Positions 31,634 to 41,768 of a DNA stretch of 64,000 bases are shown one piece after another. How positions within the stretch are numbered: the first letter of the stretch is position 1; each line of letters opens with the position of its first letter. The stretch is from contig OY760183.1 in the NCBI GenBank assembly GCA_963663275.1, forward strand, positions 3,104,001 to 3,168,000, in the 5' to 3' direction. The stretch comes from Chloroflexota bacterium. Its GTDB lineage: Bacteria > Chloroflexota > UBA11872 > VXOZ01. The notes under the pieces were generated by a model. The model did not search any database, had not been told where the DNA came from, and saw only the letters and a list, made by a program, of their open reading frames with translations. A program made the translations under genes and the position numbers.

Positions 31634-32070
31634 CTCACGTCTCCTCTCAAAGTTCCCACTTGCTTCACAACCAAGGTTCGTAAAGGAACACGCCTCCTTT
31701 GCGCTGCGCTACGAACCAATTGCCACAATAACGGCAGACACCGCTTGCATGAGAGTATACCACGCTCCGCATCTCTTCAAATCCGGCACTACCCAAAGAC
31801 GCCGACCCGCGCGGCTAACCCAAGCGCCCTGCCAAAAGTAGTGGACAAGCCCTAACGCTATCGCCCACCCGTAGCGCGGGGGCTTGTCCCCCGCCAGGGG
31901 AAATCACCCACCTGTTGTCGCACCACCGTAGCGCGGGGGCTTGCCCCTCGCCTGGGGAAAACGCCCAAACGTCGTCGCCCAACCGTAGCGCGGGGGCTTG
32001 CCCCCCGCCAGGGGAAAACGCCCAAACGTCGTCGCCCTCCCGTAGCGCGGGGGCTTGTCCCCCGCCTGGG

Positions 32071-32217
32071 CAGATAGGGGTAAGCACGTGTCATTCCGAG
32101 CGCAGCGAGGAATCTAGAATTGATGGTCTTGCAGCGTAGCGCCTTAGATTCCTCTCTCCGCTGCGCTCCGTTCGGAATGACACGTGAAGTCGATTGTAGA
32201 GTACATACTCCTGTCAG
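32071..32217. mobile_element. MITE family A copy 4 (147 bp)
   Basis: CAGATAGGGGTA..CTCCTGTCAG; 10-bp direct repeat CCCGCCTGGG. Confidence 0.8.
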
Positions 32218-32284
32218 CCCGCCTGGGGAAAGCGCCCACCTGTTGTCGCACCACCATGGCGCGGGGGCTTGTCCCCCGCCTGGG

Positions 32285-32431
32285 CAGACAGGGGTAAGCA
32301 CGTGTCATTCCGAGCGCAGCGAGGAATCTAGAATTGATGGTCTTGCAGCGTAGCGCCTTAGATTCCTCTCTCCGCTGCGCTCCGTTCGGAGTGACACGTG
32401 AAGTCGATTGTAGAGTACATACCCCTGTCAG
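32285..32431. mobile_element. MITE family A copy 5 (147 bp)
   Basis: CAGACAGGGGTA..TACCCCTGTCAG; 10-bp direct repeat CCCGCCTGGG; near-identical to copy 4. Confidence 0.8.
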
Positions 32432-32471
32432 CCCGCCTGGGCGAAGAGCAGGTGCGCGGCTTCCCGGACGA

Positions 32472-33302
32472 CTAGAGTCTGCGCCCCGCCGCAATCACCG
32501 CCGCCATCGGCAAACTGATGCTGTCTCCATCGCCAAGCGCCAGCACGTTTTCCCTTACCGCCTGGCGAATAGCGGCCAGCGCCGCCGGCGACTGTGCCTG
32601 CAAGAGCGCGCCGGTGCGCACCGCGCCGTGGTAGAACGTTTCGAAGAGGGTATCCGCGTGGGGCATCTCCCACGCGACGCGCGCCTCCTCCACCGCAGGC
32701 GCGTTGAAACCCGTCTCTTCCAGAACGCGCCTGCTCTCAGCCGGATCGCTGAAGCGGAAGAAGGGCGGGCCGTCCGGCAGCGCCACGTCCATAGCGCCAT
32801 GCTCGGCAATGGCGTCGAGCATAATCTTGAAACCCAGGCAAATCTCGGGCGCGCCCCATACGCTGTAGGCAACCCGGCCGCCCGGCCGCAGCACGCGATA
32901 CGCCTCGGCCAGCGCCTTCTCCGGCTGAGCCACGTGCAGCAGGCCGAAGTTCATGACAACCGCGTCGAAATCGGCATCGGGAAACGGCAGGTCTTCGGCG
33001 CTGCCGACGTGAAACGCAAGCGCGGGATACTGCCGCCGCGCCACCGCCACCGCCGCTTCCGCAAAGTCGATGCCGACCACCGCGGCCCCGCGTTCCGCCG
33101 CCGCGGCCGCCACGTAGCCCGGCCCGCAGGCTACGTCCAGCACGCGGCGCCCCGCCGCCACGCCGCCGGCATCGAGCAGGGGCGCGATAAAGCGCGTGGT
33201 CAAAGCCGCGAAATAGCGGTGGTAGTCATCCGCCACCCGCTCCCAACCGGCCCTTTCGAATTCGTAGAAGGCGCTCACGGCGCCCTGATCGCGCTCCGCC
33301 AT
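32472..33302 (-). CDS. Class I SAM-dependent methyltransferase
   Basis: VLDVACGPG, AEDLPFPD, RVLRPGG. Confidence 0.88.
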   Translation of the reverse strand: MAERDQGAVSAFYEFERAGWERVADDYHRYFAALTTRFIAPLLDAGGVAAGRRVLDVACGPGYVAAAAAERGAAVVGIDFAEAAVAVARRQYPALAFHVGSAEDLPFPDADFDAVVMNFGLLHVAQPEKALAEAYRVLRPGGRVAYSVWGAPEICLGFKIMLDAIAEHGAMDVALPDGPPFFRFSDPAESRRVLEETGFNAPAVEEARVAWEMPHADTLFETFYHGAVRTGALLQAQSPAALAAIRQAVRENVLALGDGDSISLPMAAVIAAGRRL

Positions 33303-33571
33303 ACCGTACTCCTCGATCGGCTCCTTACCACTCTCCCCATTGTAGCGGCAGTCGCGGCGCGGAAGCGTCCCCAACCGCCGCAGCCGGCAGCCGCCGCTCA
33401 AACCCACGTGCGACGGGCATGTACGCTCTGCCCCCAAGAATGCTATAGTATGGGATGAACATCCTCTCAAGGAGACGCGGAGCCGTATCGCCTTGCCGAA
33501 TGCGCGCGGCGCCGCTCTAATCTTAATGAGGCAACGCAGTCGGCCTTTCGACGGCAGGTAAGGAACGTCGC

Positions 33572-34483
33572 ATGTGCGGCATCATCGGCTTTCTCGAAAA
33601 GGACAGTGAGGGCGCGGCGCCGGTTGGCGCCACGGTGCTCACCATGCTCGACGCCCTGGCGTGCCGCGGGCCGGACTCCGCCGGCGTGGCGCTCTATACC
33701 GGCGCCAGCAACGGCCATACCGTCTTGCGCGTAAAGCTGGGCGAGAACGGCGACTTTGCCGGACGCCGCGAAAACATCACCGCGCGCATCGAATCGCTGG
33801 GCGAAATCCTCGACTCCTCAACCACCGAGGAATACCTGCGGCTGGAACTCGACTTTGCCGGAGACCCACAACAGCTTAGCGCCCTCATCGAGGCGGAAGC
33901 GAATAACGTGGAAGTGGTGAGCATGGGCAATGCCCTCGAAATCGTCAAGCAAGTGGGTTCGCCTGAGAATCTGGAACAGACCCACGGCGTCTCGCGCATC
34001 ACCGGCACCCACGGCATCGGGCACACGCGCCTTTCCACCGAATCGCGGGTGGACCTGAGCCACTCGCAGCCCTTCTGGGCGCACGGCACGCCGGACCTGG
34101 CGGTGGTGCACAACGGGCACATCACGAACTACCACAATCTGCGCCGCCGCTACGAGCAGCACGGCGTGCGCTTCTATACCGATAACGACTCCGAGGTCAT
34201 CGGCGTCTACCTGGCCGACCGGCTTGCCCAGGGCCTGTCGCTGCAAGAGGCGCTCACCGCTTCTCTCTACGACCTGGACGGCTCCTTCAGCTACCTGGCG
34301 GCAACCCGGAACGAGTTGGGTTTTGCCAAAGACCGCTTTGCCCTCAAACCGCTGCTCTTTACCGAAACGGACGACACCGTGGTGGTCGCAACCGAGGAGA
34401 TTGCCATCGAGAACGCCTTTCCCGGCATCGGCGGTGTGCGCGAGGCGCAAGCGAAGGAAGTGCGGGTATGGCAGTTGAACTAG
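33572..34483 (+). CDS. mgsA: N-methylglutamate synthase subunit A (class II glutamine amidotransferase, GlxB-like)
   Basis: MCGI N-terminal nucleophile, RGPDSAG, GHTR, HNG, NDSE; operon context. Confidence 0.82.
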   Translation: MCGIIGFLEKDSEGAAPVGATVLTMLDALACRGPDSAGVALYTGASNGHTVLRVKLGENGDFAGRRENITARIESLGEILDSSTTEEYLRLELDFAGDPQQLSALIEAEANNVEVVSMGNALEIVKQVGSPENLEQTHGVSRITGTHGIGHTRLSTESRVDLSHSQPFWAHGTPDLAVVHNGHITNYHNLRRRYEQHGVRFYTDNDSEVIGVYLADRLAQGLSLQEALTASLYDLDGSFSYLAATRNELGFAKDRFALKPLLFTETDDTVVVATEEIAIENAFPGIGGVREAQAKEVRVWQLN

Positions 34484-35181
34484 ATTGCGCCGGCAAGACC
34501 ATCCGGGAGATAAACACCGCCATCAAGGAGCGCATCGCCGGCGGAGAGTCGGAGGTGCTGGTGCGCAATCCCGGCGCGCGGCACAATCTTGGCGTGGCGC
34601 TGCTGCAACCCGCCACGGTGACCTTCGACGGCAGCGTGGGCTATTTCTGCGCCGGTTTGATGGACGGCGCCACCGTCGAGATCAACGGCAGCACCGGCTG
34701 GGGACTGGCGGAATCGATGCTCTCCGGCACGGTTGTCGTGCGCGGCAGCGCCGGCAACGGGGCCGCGGCCACCATTCGCGGCGGCACGGTGGTCATTCAC
34801 AAGCACGCGGCCGCCCGGGCCGGCGTGGCCATGAAAGGCGGCCTGCTCTTGATTGGCGGCAACTGCGGCTACATGGCCGGCTTCATGGGGCAGCGCGGCA
34901 CCATCGTCGTCTGCGGCGACGTGGGCGACGCCTTTGCCGATTCGATGTACGAGACCGTCTGCTACGTGGGCGGCAAAATCGGCGAACTGGGCAATGACAC
35001 GGTGGTTGAGGAACTCGCCGCCGAAGACCTGGCGTTTCTGGAAACCACGATTGCGGAGCATCTTCCCGACCGGCTGGCCGACCTGAAGCCGCGCCTGGCG
35101 AATTTCAAGAAGATCGTCTCCGGACGAAGGTTGTGGAACTTCGATAAGGCCGATTGGGAAGCCTGGCAGCAGGTAGTGTAA
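34468..35181 (+). CDS. mgsB: N-methylglutamate synthase subunit B (GltB C-terminal/FwdC GXGXG domain, GlxC-like)
   Basis: Gly-rich beta-helix repeats, GYFCAG, AGFMGQ. Confidence 0.82.
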   Translation: MAVELDCAGKTIREINTAIKERIAGGESEVLVRNPGARHNLGVALLQPATVTFDGSVGYFCAGLMDGATVEINGSTGWGLAESMLSGTVVVRGSAGNGAAATIRGGTVVIHKHAAARAGVAMKGGLLLIGGNCGYMAGFMGQRGTIVVCGDVGDAFADSMYETVCYVGGKIGELGNDTVVEELAAEDLAFLETTIAEHLPDRLADLKPRLANFKKIVSGRRLWNFDKADWEAWQQVV

Positions 35182-35425
35182 GCGGAGAGACGGCCCCCGC
35201 AAGACGCGCCGGCGTCCACCGTTGTACGCGGTACACGAGGCAAAATTGACTCAGGGTCACGCCCCCAAACAGTCCGGTTAATGTCACTTGTACGTTGGAC
35301 ACGACTGTCATTCCGAGCGGAGCGAGGAATCTAAGCGCGGCAGGGCGCCTGAGGAACATCAAACGCCTGATTCACACCGCCGCCGCCATTGCGAAGCACA
35401 CGCCCGATAAGAGGAGCAAGGGACT

Positions 35426-36775
35426 ATGCCAGACGGCGAGAACGGCCGCCTGCGACCGAGCGGAACGTACACCCCCGATGTGATTGCCGAGATTCAAGAG
35501 AAAGCGCAACTGGGGCGCTACATCATGCGCGGTTTCGGCACGCTGCGCGAACGGAACTGGGCGACGTTCGACGACCTGACGTTTCTCCCGTGCACCCTGA
35601 CCCGCATCCCGCTGGAGGGCTACCGCGAACACTGCTCGACCAAGACGGTGATCGGCAGACGCCATGCCGAACAGCCGATCGAACTCGATATTCCCATTAT
35701 GATTACGGGCATGAGTTGGGGCGCGCTCTCGTACAACGCCAAAGTGGCGCTGGCCCAGGGCGCGGCCGCGGTCGGCTCTTCCAACACCACCGGCGACGGC
35801 GGCATGTTGGAGGCCGAACGCGAACACAGCAAGACCCTGGTCTACGAGGTCTTGCCCTCGCGCTACGGCGTCAGCATCCACCACGCCCGCGCCGCCGACG
35901 CCATCGAACTAACCATCGGCCAGGGCGCGAAACCCGGCACCGGCGGCCTGCTGCTGGGCTCGAAGGTTTCCGACGTGATTGCCGAACAACGGGATCTGCC
36001 CGTGGGCGTGGACCAGCGCAGCCCGGCCAGGCATCCGGACTTTCTGGGCCCGGACGATATGATCATCAAGGTGGAGGAACTGCGCGAGGCTACCGACTGG
36101 AAGGTGCCGATCTTCATCAAGATGGGCGCGACGCGCGTCTTCGACGACGTGCGCCTGGCCGCCAAAGCCGGCGCCGACGCGGTGGTGGTGGACGGCATGG
36201 AAGGCGGCACGGGCGCGTCGCCGGAAATGCTGCAAGAGCACACGGGCATCCCCACCCTGGCTGCGGTCTGCGAGGCGCGCGCGGCGCTGGAAGACCTGGG
36301 GCTCTACGGCGAGGTGCAACTCATCATCGCCGGCGGCATCCGCCACGGCGTGGACGCCGCCAAAGCCCTTGCCCTCGGCGCGGACGCGGTCTACATCGGC
36401 ACCTCCGCCCTGATCGCGCTCAACTGCAACCGCCCGCTCTACGTGGAAGATTATGAAAAGCTAGGCGCCAAGCCCGGCTTCTGCCACCACTGCCACACGG
36501 GACGCTGCCCGGTGGGCATTACGACCCAGGACCCGGAACTGATGCAACGCCTGCCGATCGACGAGGCCGCCGAACGGGTCTCCAGCTACCTGCGCGCAAT
36601 GGTCTCGGAAATGCAGATGCTGGCGCGCGCCTGCGGCAAGGCCGACGTGCACGACCTGGACCCGGACGACCTCCGCGCCCTGACGTCCGAAGCCTCGATG
36701 ATCTGCGGCATCCCCCTGGTCGGCACCAACCGCATCGTCGGCGGCGGCCCGGGCTGGGAAGAACGCGGGCACTAG
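35426..36775 (+). CDS. mgsC: N-methylglutamate synthase subunit C (FMN-binding glutamate synthase family, GlxD-like)
   Basis: GMSWGALS, GQGAKPG, DQRSPARHPD, CHHCHTGRCPVGITTQD. Confidence 0.88.
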   Translation: MPDGENGRLRPSGTYTPDVIAEIQEKAQLGRYIMRGFGTLRERNWATFDDLTFLPCTLTRIPLEGYREHCSTKTVIGRRHAEQPIELDIPIMITGMSWGALSYNAKVALAQGAAAVGSSNTTGDGGMLEAEREHSKTLVYEVLPSRYGVSIHHARAADAIELTIGQGAKPGTGGLLLGSKVSDVIAEQRDLPVGVDQRSPARHPDFLGPDDMIIKVEELREATDWKVPIFIKMGATRVFDDVRLAAKAGADAVVVDGMEGGTGASPEMLQEHTGIPTLAAVCEARAALEDLGLYGEVQLIIAGGIRHGVDAAKALALGADAVYIGTSALIALNCNRPLYVEDYEKLGAKPGFCHHCHTGRCPVGITTQDPELMQRLPIDEAAERVSSYLRAMVSEMQMLARACGKADVHDLDPDDLRALTSEASMICGIPLVGTNRIVGGGPGWEERGH

Positions 36776-36810
36776 ACAGTTGCGGTCATAAGACAGAAGA
36801 CACCGCTGCC

Positions 36811-38109
36811 ATGGCCATCCGCCGCCTCAAAGTCTCCAACTTCCGCAGTTTCAACGAGTTAGACGTCGAACTCGGCGACTTCAACGTGCTCATCGGCGCA
36901 AATGCGTCAGGCAAGTCGAACTTCGTGGAAATCTTCCGCTTCTTGCGCGACATCCGCAAGGAAGGCTTGCGCGACGCTATATCCCTGCAAGGCGGTAGCC
37001 GGTACATACAAAACCTTCGGATAGGAACGGCAGAACCGCTAAGCATGGACATTTCTGATGTACAAGACATCGAATACGAAGTGATGTCGAATCATGAAGT
37101 GGAGACGCGGCACTTAGTTCGTGTCAATGAAATGAAATACGGATTCTCGCTTGACTTTCTAGAAAAGAACCTTGGGCCACATGCTAATAACTGGAATATA
37201 CAACGTGATAGCATTGTGCGAAGCTTCTCCGTATTTCCTGACAGGGCAAGAGACCACAATATGACCGACGGGAATAGGTTTCCTGGCACGTTAGAATTCT
37301 TGGCTTGGCGGGATGATGATATCCTGAAACGGAAATATTGCGGAGACCCCTCCCTCATCGCACTCCTAAAACAGAAAGAGGGCGTTGGACACTTTGACTC
37401 GGACTTGTATCCGAAGGATTCATTGCTTCTAGAGTCTCGGCTATTCACTTATCTGCTCACGGGGAATTTGGCTCCGCCGTTTAGCACAATTCGTGATCCA
37501 GGTATCTTCCGAACTGATGCGGGAGCATCCCAGCATACCCAGCCGTTGCGGGCTCCTGCGGCCCTCACCGAAAGCGCATCGAATCTTGCGCCGATTCTAG
37601 ATCGGATCCTCTCCGACGGGGATCAGCGGAAAACGCTTCTAAACCTCGTCCGATACCTCTTGCCGTTTGTCAATGACATAGGTGTGCGGAAACTATCAGA
37701 TGAGTCTTCCTTACTCTATGTGAAGGAGACCTTTACCGATGAGAATAAACTCTACGCCGGTATGATGTCCGAAGGGACAACCGCCGCTATCGCGCTCGTC
37801 GTTGCTCTCTATTTCGAGGAGAATCCGCTGGTGATTTTCGAGGATCCCGACCGGGGTATGCATCCCAAACTGATGTCCCGCGTGGTGGAAATGATGAAGG
37901 AAGTTTCCAAAGAAAAGCAGATCATCGTCACGACGCATCATCCTGAGATGGTGCGCTACGCTGGCGTGGAAAACCTCCTCCTCGTTTCTCGTGACAATGA
38001 CGGTTTCTCGCAAATTACACGCCCGGCGGATAGAACAATGGTCAAGCGATTCCTCAAAAACGATATTGGCATCGATCAGCTCTACGTTGACGACTTGCTG
38101 GAAGTCTAA
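36811..38109 (+). CDS. ABC-type AAA ATPase (AAA_21/AAA_15-like)
   Basis: NFRSF, GANASGKS, MSEGT, VIFEDPD..HP, TTH. Confidence 0.85.
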   Translation: MAIRRLKVSNFRSFNELDVELGDFNVLIGANASGKSNFVEIFRFLRDIRKEGLRDAISLQGGSRYIQNLRIGTAEPLSMDISDVQDIEYEVMSNHEVETRHLVRVNEMKYGFSLDFLEKNLGPHANNWNIQRDSIVRSFSVFPDRARDHNMTDGNRFPGTLEFLAWRDDDILKRKYCGDPSLIALLKQKEGVGHFDSDLYPKDSLLLESRLFTYLLTGNLAPPFSTIRDPGIFRTDAGASQHTQPLRAPAALTESASNLAPILDRILSDGDQRKTLLNLVRYLLPFVNDIGVRKLSDESSLLYVKETFTDENKLYAGMMSEGTTAAIALVVALYFEENPLVIFEDPDRGMHPKLMSRVVEMMKEVSKEKQIIVTTHHPEMVRYAGVENLLLVSRDNDGFSQITRPADRTMVKRFLKNDIGIDQLYVDDLLEV

Positions 38110-38112
38110 ATA

Positions 38113-38643
38113 ATGCCCAAGGAACTATTCGTTTGGGTTGAGGGGGATTCCGATCAGCGCTTTTTTGAAGAAATCATCGAACCCCTACTGAGCGATCGGT
38201 ACGCGTCCGTACATAAGGGTCAGTATGCCCAGCAGCCCGACAACTACACGAGTAGAAAATTACACGAGGTTACACGATCACATACAATCCTGGACTACTT
38301 GTGGCTGGCCGACCTAGATCCAGGGAAGTTCCCCTGCGTAACAGCAAAGAAGAACGCCCTGACGTGCCAACATCCCCTGCTAGACCCGGATAGAATTGCA
38401 GTCGTAGCGCCGGAAATCGAAGCCTGGTACTTAGCAGGACTGGATAGTGCGGCCTGTGAAGCGCTTAGCATCCCCGAGTATCAAGACACCAGTTCCGTTA
38501 CCAAAGAGGACTTTAGCAGGCTCATGCCAAGCACATACAGATCTGAAATTGCCTTTAGAATGGACGTTCTCGATGAATTCTCAGTGGAAGTCGCCAAGCG
38601 CAAGAACGCCTCGTTCGCGTACTTTTGCAAGAAACACCTATAG
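38113..38643 (+). CDS. Small TOPRIM-like protein partnering the ATPase
   Basis: VWVEGDSD, LADLD, EIEAWYL. Confidence 0.65.
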   Translation: MPKELFVWVEGDSDQRFFEEIIEPLLSDRYASVHKGQYAQQPDNYTSRKLHEVTRSHTILDYLWLADLDPGKFPCVTAKKNALTCQHPLLDPDRIAVVAPEIEAWYLAGLDSAACEALSIPEYQDTSSVTKEDFSRLMPSTYRSEIAFRMDVLDEFSVEVAKRKNASFAYFCKKHL

Positions 38644-38742
38644 GTGATATAAGCGTATCAATACAGTTGCCTTTGGTTTGCCTGTTTCCTTCGTAATCGG
38701 CCAATAAGGCACAGTCAGATTGCGCCTCTAACCGGAGTCACC

Positions 38743-39003
38743 ATGTCTTTCCTGATCCCCTGTCCCAACTGCGGCCAGCGCAGCGTCTACGAGTTTCGCT
38801 TTGGCGGCGAGGTGAAGGCGCGGCCGGAGGCGGGGTCGAGCGACGAGGCGTGGCTGGGGTACAGCTATGCCGCGGCGAACCGCGACCGCTCGCAGAAGGA
38901 GTGGTGGTTCCATACGCACGGCTGCCGCCAGTGGCTCTTTGCCGTGCGGGATACGGTGAACAATGAGGTGACGGAGACCAGCCTGCCCGAGGAGACGCCG
39001 TGA
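38743..39003 (+). CDS. soxD: Sarcosine oxidase delta-like subunit (MgdB)
   Basis: CPNCGQR..EFRFGGE..EWWFHTHGC. Confidence 0.9.
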   Translation: MSFLIPCPNCGQRSVYEFRFGGEVKARPEAGSSDEAWLGYSYAAANRDRSQKEWWFHTHGCRQWLFAVRDTVNNEVTETSLPEETP

Positions 39004-41768
39004 GCCGCGTTCCAGATTCCCGTCATTCCCGCGAAAGCGGGAATCCATCTTTGGCCGCCTCAGGGAACAACGGGCAGTCCTCTGTCACCTTCTCCTTCAA
39101 CGGCAGACCGATCGAGGCCCTGCCGCAGGACACCGTTGCCTCCGCGCTCTATCGCTCCGGCCGGCGCGTCTTCAGCCGCAGTTTCAAGTACCATCGCCCG
39201 CGCGGCCTGCTCTGCGTGGCGGGCAATTGCCCCAATTGCCTGATGAACGTGGACGGCGCGCCCAACGTGCGCGCCTGCACGCAGCCGGTGCGAGGCGGCA
39301 TGACGGTCGCCCACCAGAACGCCAACCCTTCCCTGGAGACCGACTTCCTGGCGGTTGCCGAGCGCTTTTCCTGGGCCATGCCGGTGGGCTTCTACTACAA
39401 GACCTTCACCCATCCCTGGATGTGGCGCCTTGCCGAGCCGCTCATCCGCCGCGCCGCCGGACTGGGCACAATCGACAACGACCCAAACTCGGTCGCGCAC
39501 CACGACTACGAGCATGTCTTCCTGCACACCACAACGACCGTAGTCGGCGGCGGGCCGTTCGGACTGCGGGCCGCCCTGGATGCGGCGGCACAAGGCGAAG
39601 ACGTCGTCCTCATCGACGACCAGCCGGAACTCGGCGGACACCTACGCTACACGGACGCCGGCGCTTCAAGGGCAGGCTCGGAGTCCACGGCCTCCACCGG
39701 CGGTGAAACATTCGAAAGCCTTGAAAACCTCTTGCGGCGCATCGACGAAAGCCCCCGCATTACCGTCTTCACCAACGCCACCTGCTTCGGTCTCTACGAG
39801 GGCAATCTGCTGGCCATCGCGCATCGGCAAGCGGATTCTCCCGAAGCCCAGCGCCTCACCCAACTGCGCACCGAGCGCATCGTCATCGCCACCGGCGCGC
39901 ATGAAGTCCCGCTGCTCTTCGAGAACAACGACTTGCCCGGCGTCATGTTGAGCAGCGGCGTCCTGCGCCTCAGCGGGCTGCACGGCGTCAAGCCCGGCGA
40001 CCGCGCCGTCGTAATTGGCAACGTGGAATTAGTGGGTTCGCTCATTGGCGCGCTCGAGTCTGCCGGTATCCAGGTTGAAAGCATCATACCGCCCGCGCAG
40101 GTCGTGAAAGCCATTGGCCGCAAGCGCGTCACCGGTCTCCAAACCACCGCGGGGCGCTATTCATGCGATCTCATCGTCGTCTGCGGCGACTGGGTTCCCG
40201 ACGCGGGACTGGTCGCGCAGGCCGGCGGCAGCGTGGAATGGGACGAAGAACGGGCCGTGTTCGCCACCAGCGGCCTGCCGGACGGAGTCTCCGCCGTGGG
40301 CGCGGTTACCGGAGAATCCTTGCCGCCCGCCGCCGGCCTCGCGTCCAGCGCCGCGTCGAATCCGAAGAAGGTCTTCGTCTGTCCCTGCGAGGACGTTTCG
40401 CTCCACGACCTGCGCACGGCCATCGACGAGGGATTCGACCATATCGAGACGCTCAAGCGCTACACCACCACGACCATGGGACCCTGCCAGGGCAAGATGT
40501 GCCAGCAGGCGGCTATCAGCGTCTGCGCCCAGGAAACCGGGCGTACGATCCAAGAAACCGGCAGAACGACCTCCCGTCCGCCCACCTCGCCCGTGCCGCT
40601 GGGCGCGCTGGCCGGGCCGCACCAGCATCCGGTCAAGCGCACGCCCATGCACGCCAAGCACGACGAGGCCGGCTGCGTCTGGATGGACATGGGCGAATGG
40701 AAGCGCCCGCTCTACTACGGCACGCCGGACAGCAAGCAAGAGTCAGTGGAGCAGGAGTACTGGGCGGTGCGCGAGCGCGTCGGCCTCATCGACCTGAGCA
40801 CCCTCGGCAAACTCGACGTCGTTGGCCGGGACGCCGGCAAACTCCTGGACAAGGTCTACACCAATCGCTTCTCCGACCTGCGCGTGGGCCGGGCGCGCTA
40901 CGGCGTCATCTGCGACGAGGCGGGCATCATCCTGGACGACGGCACGGTCTCGCGGGTGGCCGACGACCGTTACTTCATCACCACCACCACTGGCAACATC
41001 GAATTCGTCCAGGAGTGGCTGGAGTGGTGGCTGGCCGGCAGCGGCATGTGCGTCCACGTTACCAACGTCACCGGCGGCCTGGCGGCCGTGAACGTGGCCG
41101 GCCCCCAGGCCCGCGCCACCCTCGCCAAACTCACGGAACGCGACCTCAGCAACAAGCGCTTTGGCTACATGCGCTGCCGCCGGGCGGAAGTGGCGGGCGT
41201 GTCCAGCCTCATGCTGCGCATCGGCTTCGTGGGCGAGACCGGCTGGGAAATCCACTATCCCGCGGAGTACGGCGAACACGTCTGGGACGCCATCATGGAA
41301 GCCGGCAGGGAGTTCGACATCCGGCCCTTTGGCGTCGAAACGCAGCGCGTGCTCCGCCTGGAAAAGAAACACGTCATCGTCAGCGTGGATACCGACGCCA
41401 CCAGCAACCCGATCGAATCCGACCTGGCCTGGGTGGCCAAACTCGACAAAGAGGACTTCATCGGCAAGGCGGCCATCAGCCGCGCCACGGAACGCGCCCC
41501 CCGCGAAAAGCTGGTAGGGTTCGTCATGGATGAGAACGTGCTGCCGCCGGACGGCTGCGTGATCATCGCCGACGGCCAACCGGCGGGGCGGGTTACCAGC
41601 GTCCGCTACTCGCCAGTGAATGAGAAGGTGATCGGCCTCGCGTGGGTGGCGGCGGAGCTTGCCACGGCGGGCCAAGCCATTACCATGCGCGTCGACGACC
41701 GGCCCGCATCCGCCCGCGTGGCGGACGAACCCTTCTACGATCCCGCGCAGAAACGGCTGCGCCAGTGA
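39000..41768 (+). CDS. soxA: Sarcosine oxidase alpha-like subunit (MgdC)
   Basis: RSFKYHRPRG, CPCEDV, GPCQGK, DLSTLGK, GcvT-like C-terminus. Confidence 0.9.
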   Translation: MSRVPDSRHSRESGNPSLAASGNNGQSSVTFSFNGRPIEALPQDTVASALYRSGRRVFSRSFKYHRPRGLLCVAGNCPNCLMNVDGAPNVRACTQPVRGGMTVAHQNANPSLETDFLAVAERFSWAMPVGFYYKTFTHPWMWRLAEPLIRRAAGLGTIDNDPNSVAHHDYEHVFLHTTTTVVGGGPFGLRAALDAAAQGEDVVLIDDQPELGGHLRYTDAGASRAGSESTASTGGETFESLENLLRRIDESPRITVFTNATCFGLYEGNLLAIAHRQADSPEAQRLTQLRTERIVIATGAHEVPLLFENNDLPGVMLSSGVLRLSGLHGVKPGDRAVVIGNVELVGSLIGALESAGIQVESIIPPAQVVKAIGRKRVTGLQTTAGRYSCDLIVVCGDWVPDAGLVAQAGGSVEWDEERAVFATSGLPDGVSAVGAVTGESLPPAAGLASSAASNPKKVFVCPCEDVSLHDLRTAIDEGFDHIETLKRYTTTTMGPCQGKMCQQAAISVCAQETGRTIQETGRTTSRPPTSPVPLGALAGPHQHPVKRTPMHAKHDEAGCVWMDMGEWKRPLYYGTPDSKQESVEQEYWAVRERVGLIDLSTLGKLDVVGRDAGKLLDKVYTNRFSDLRVGRARYGVICDEAGIILDDGTVSRVADDRYFITTTTGNIEFVQEWLEWWLAGSGMCVHVTNVTGGLAAVNVAGPQARATLAKLTERDLSNKRFGYMRCRRAEVAGVSSLMLRIGFVGETGWEIHYPAEYGEHVWDAIMEAGREFDIRPFGVETQRVLRLEKKHVIVSVDTDATSNPIESDLAWVAKLDKEDFIGKAAISRATERAPREKLVGFVMDENVLPPDGCVIIADGQPAGRVTSVRYSPVNEKVIGLAWVAAELATAGQAITMRVDDRPASARVADEPFYDPAQKRLRQ

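Larger units (their letters stand above)
31870..32441. repeat. 57-bp tandem array of a GTAG REP, interrupted by two MITE-A copies
   Basis: CGTAGCGCGGGGGCTTGYCCCYCGCC at 31870, 31927, 31984, 32041 and ~32255. Confidence 0.85.

Noticed and set aside
31870-32070. Regularly spaced palindromic repeats resembling CRISPR
   Set aside because: Intervening segments are similar to each other, the repeat is a dispersed GTAG REP, and no cas genes are present
31815-32494. ORFs with LDSSLRCAPFGMT or GGQAPAL peptides (also near 7564, 14574, 21200, 23904, 48482)
   Set aside because: Translations of REP/MITE DNA, not genes
33450-33560. Glycine riboswitch upstream of mgsA
   Set aside because: The GCCGAA fragment is present but the conserved CTCTCAGG core and aptamer order are not
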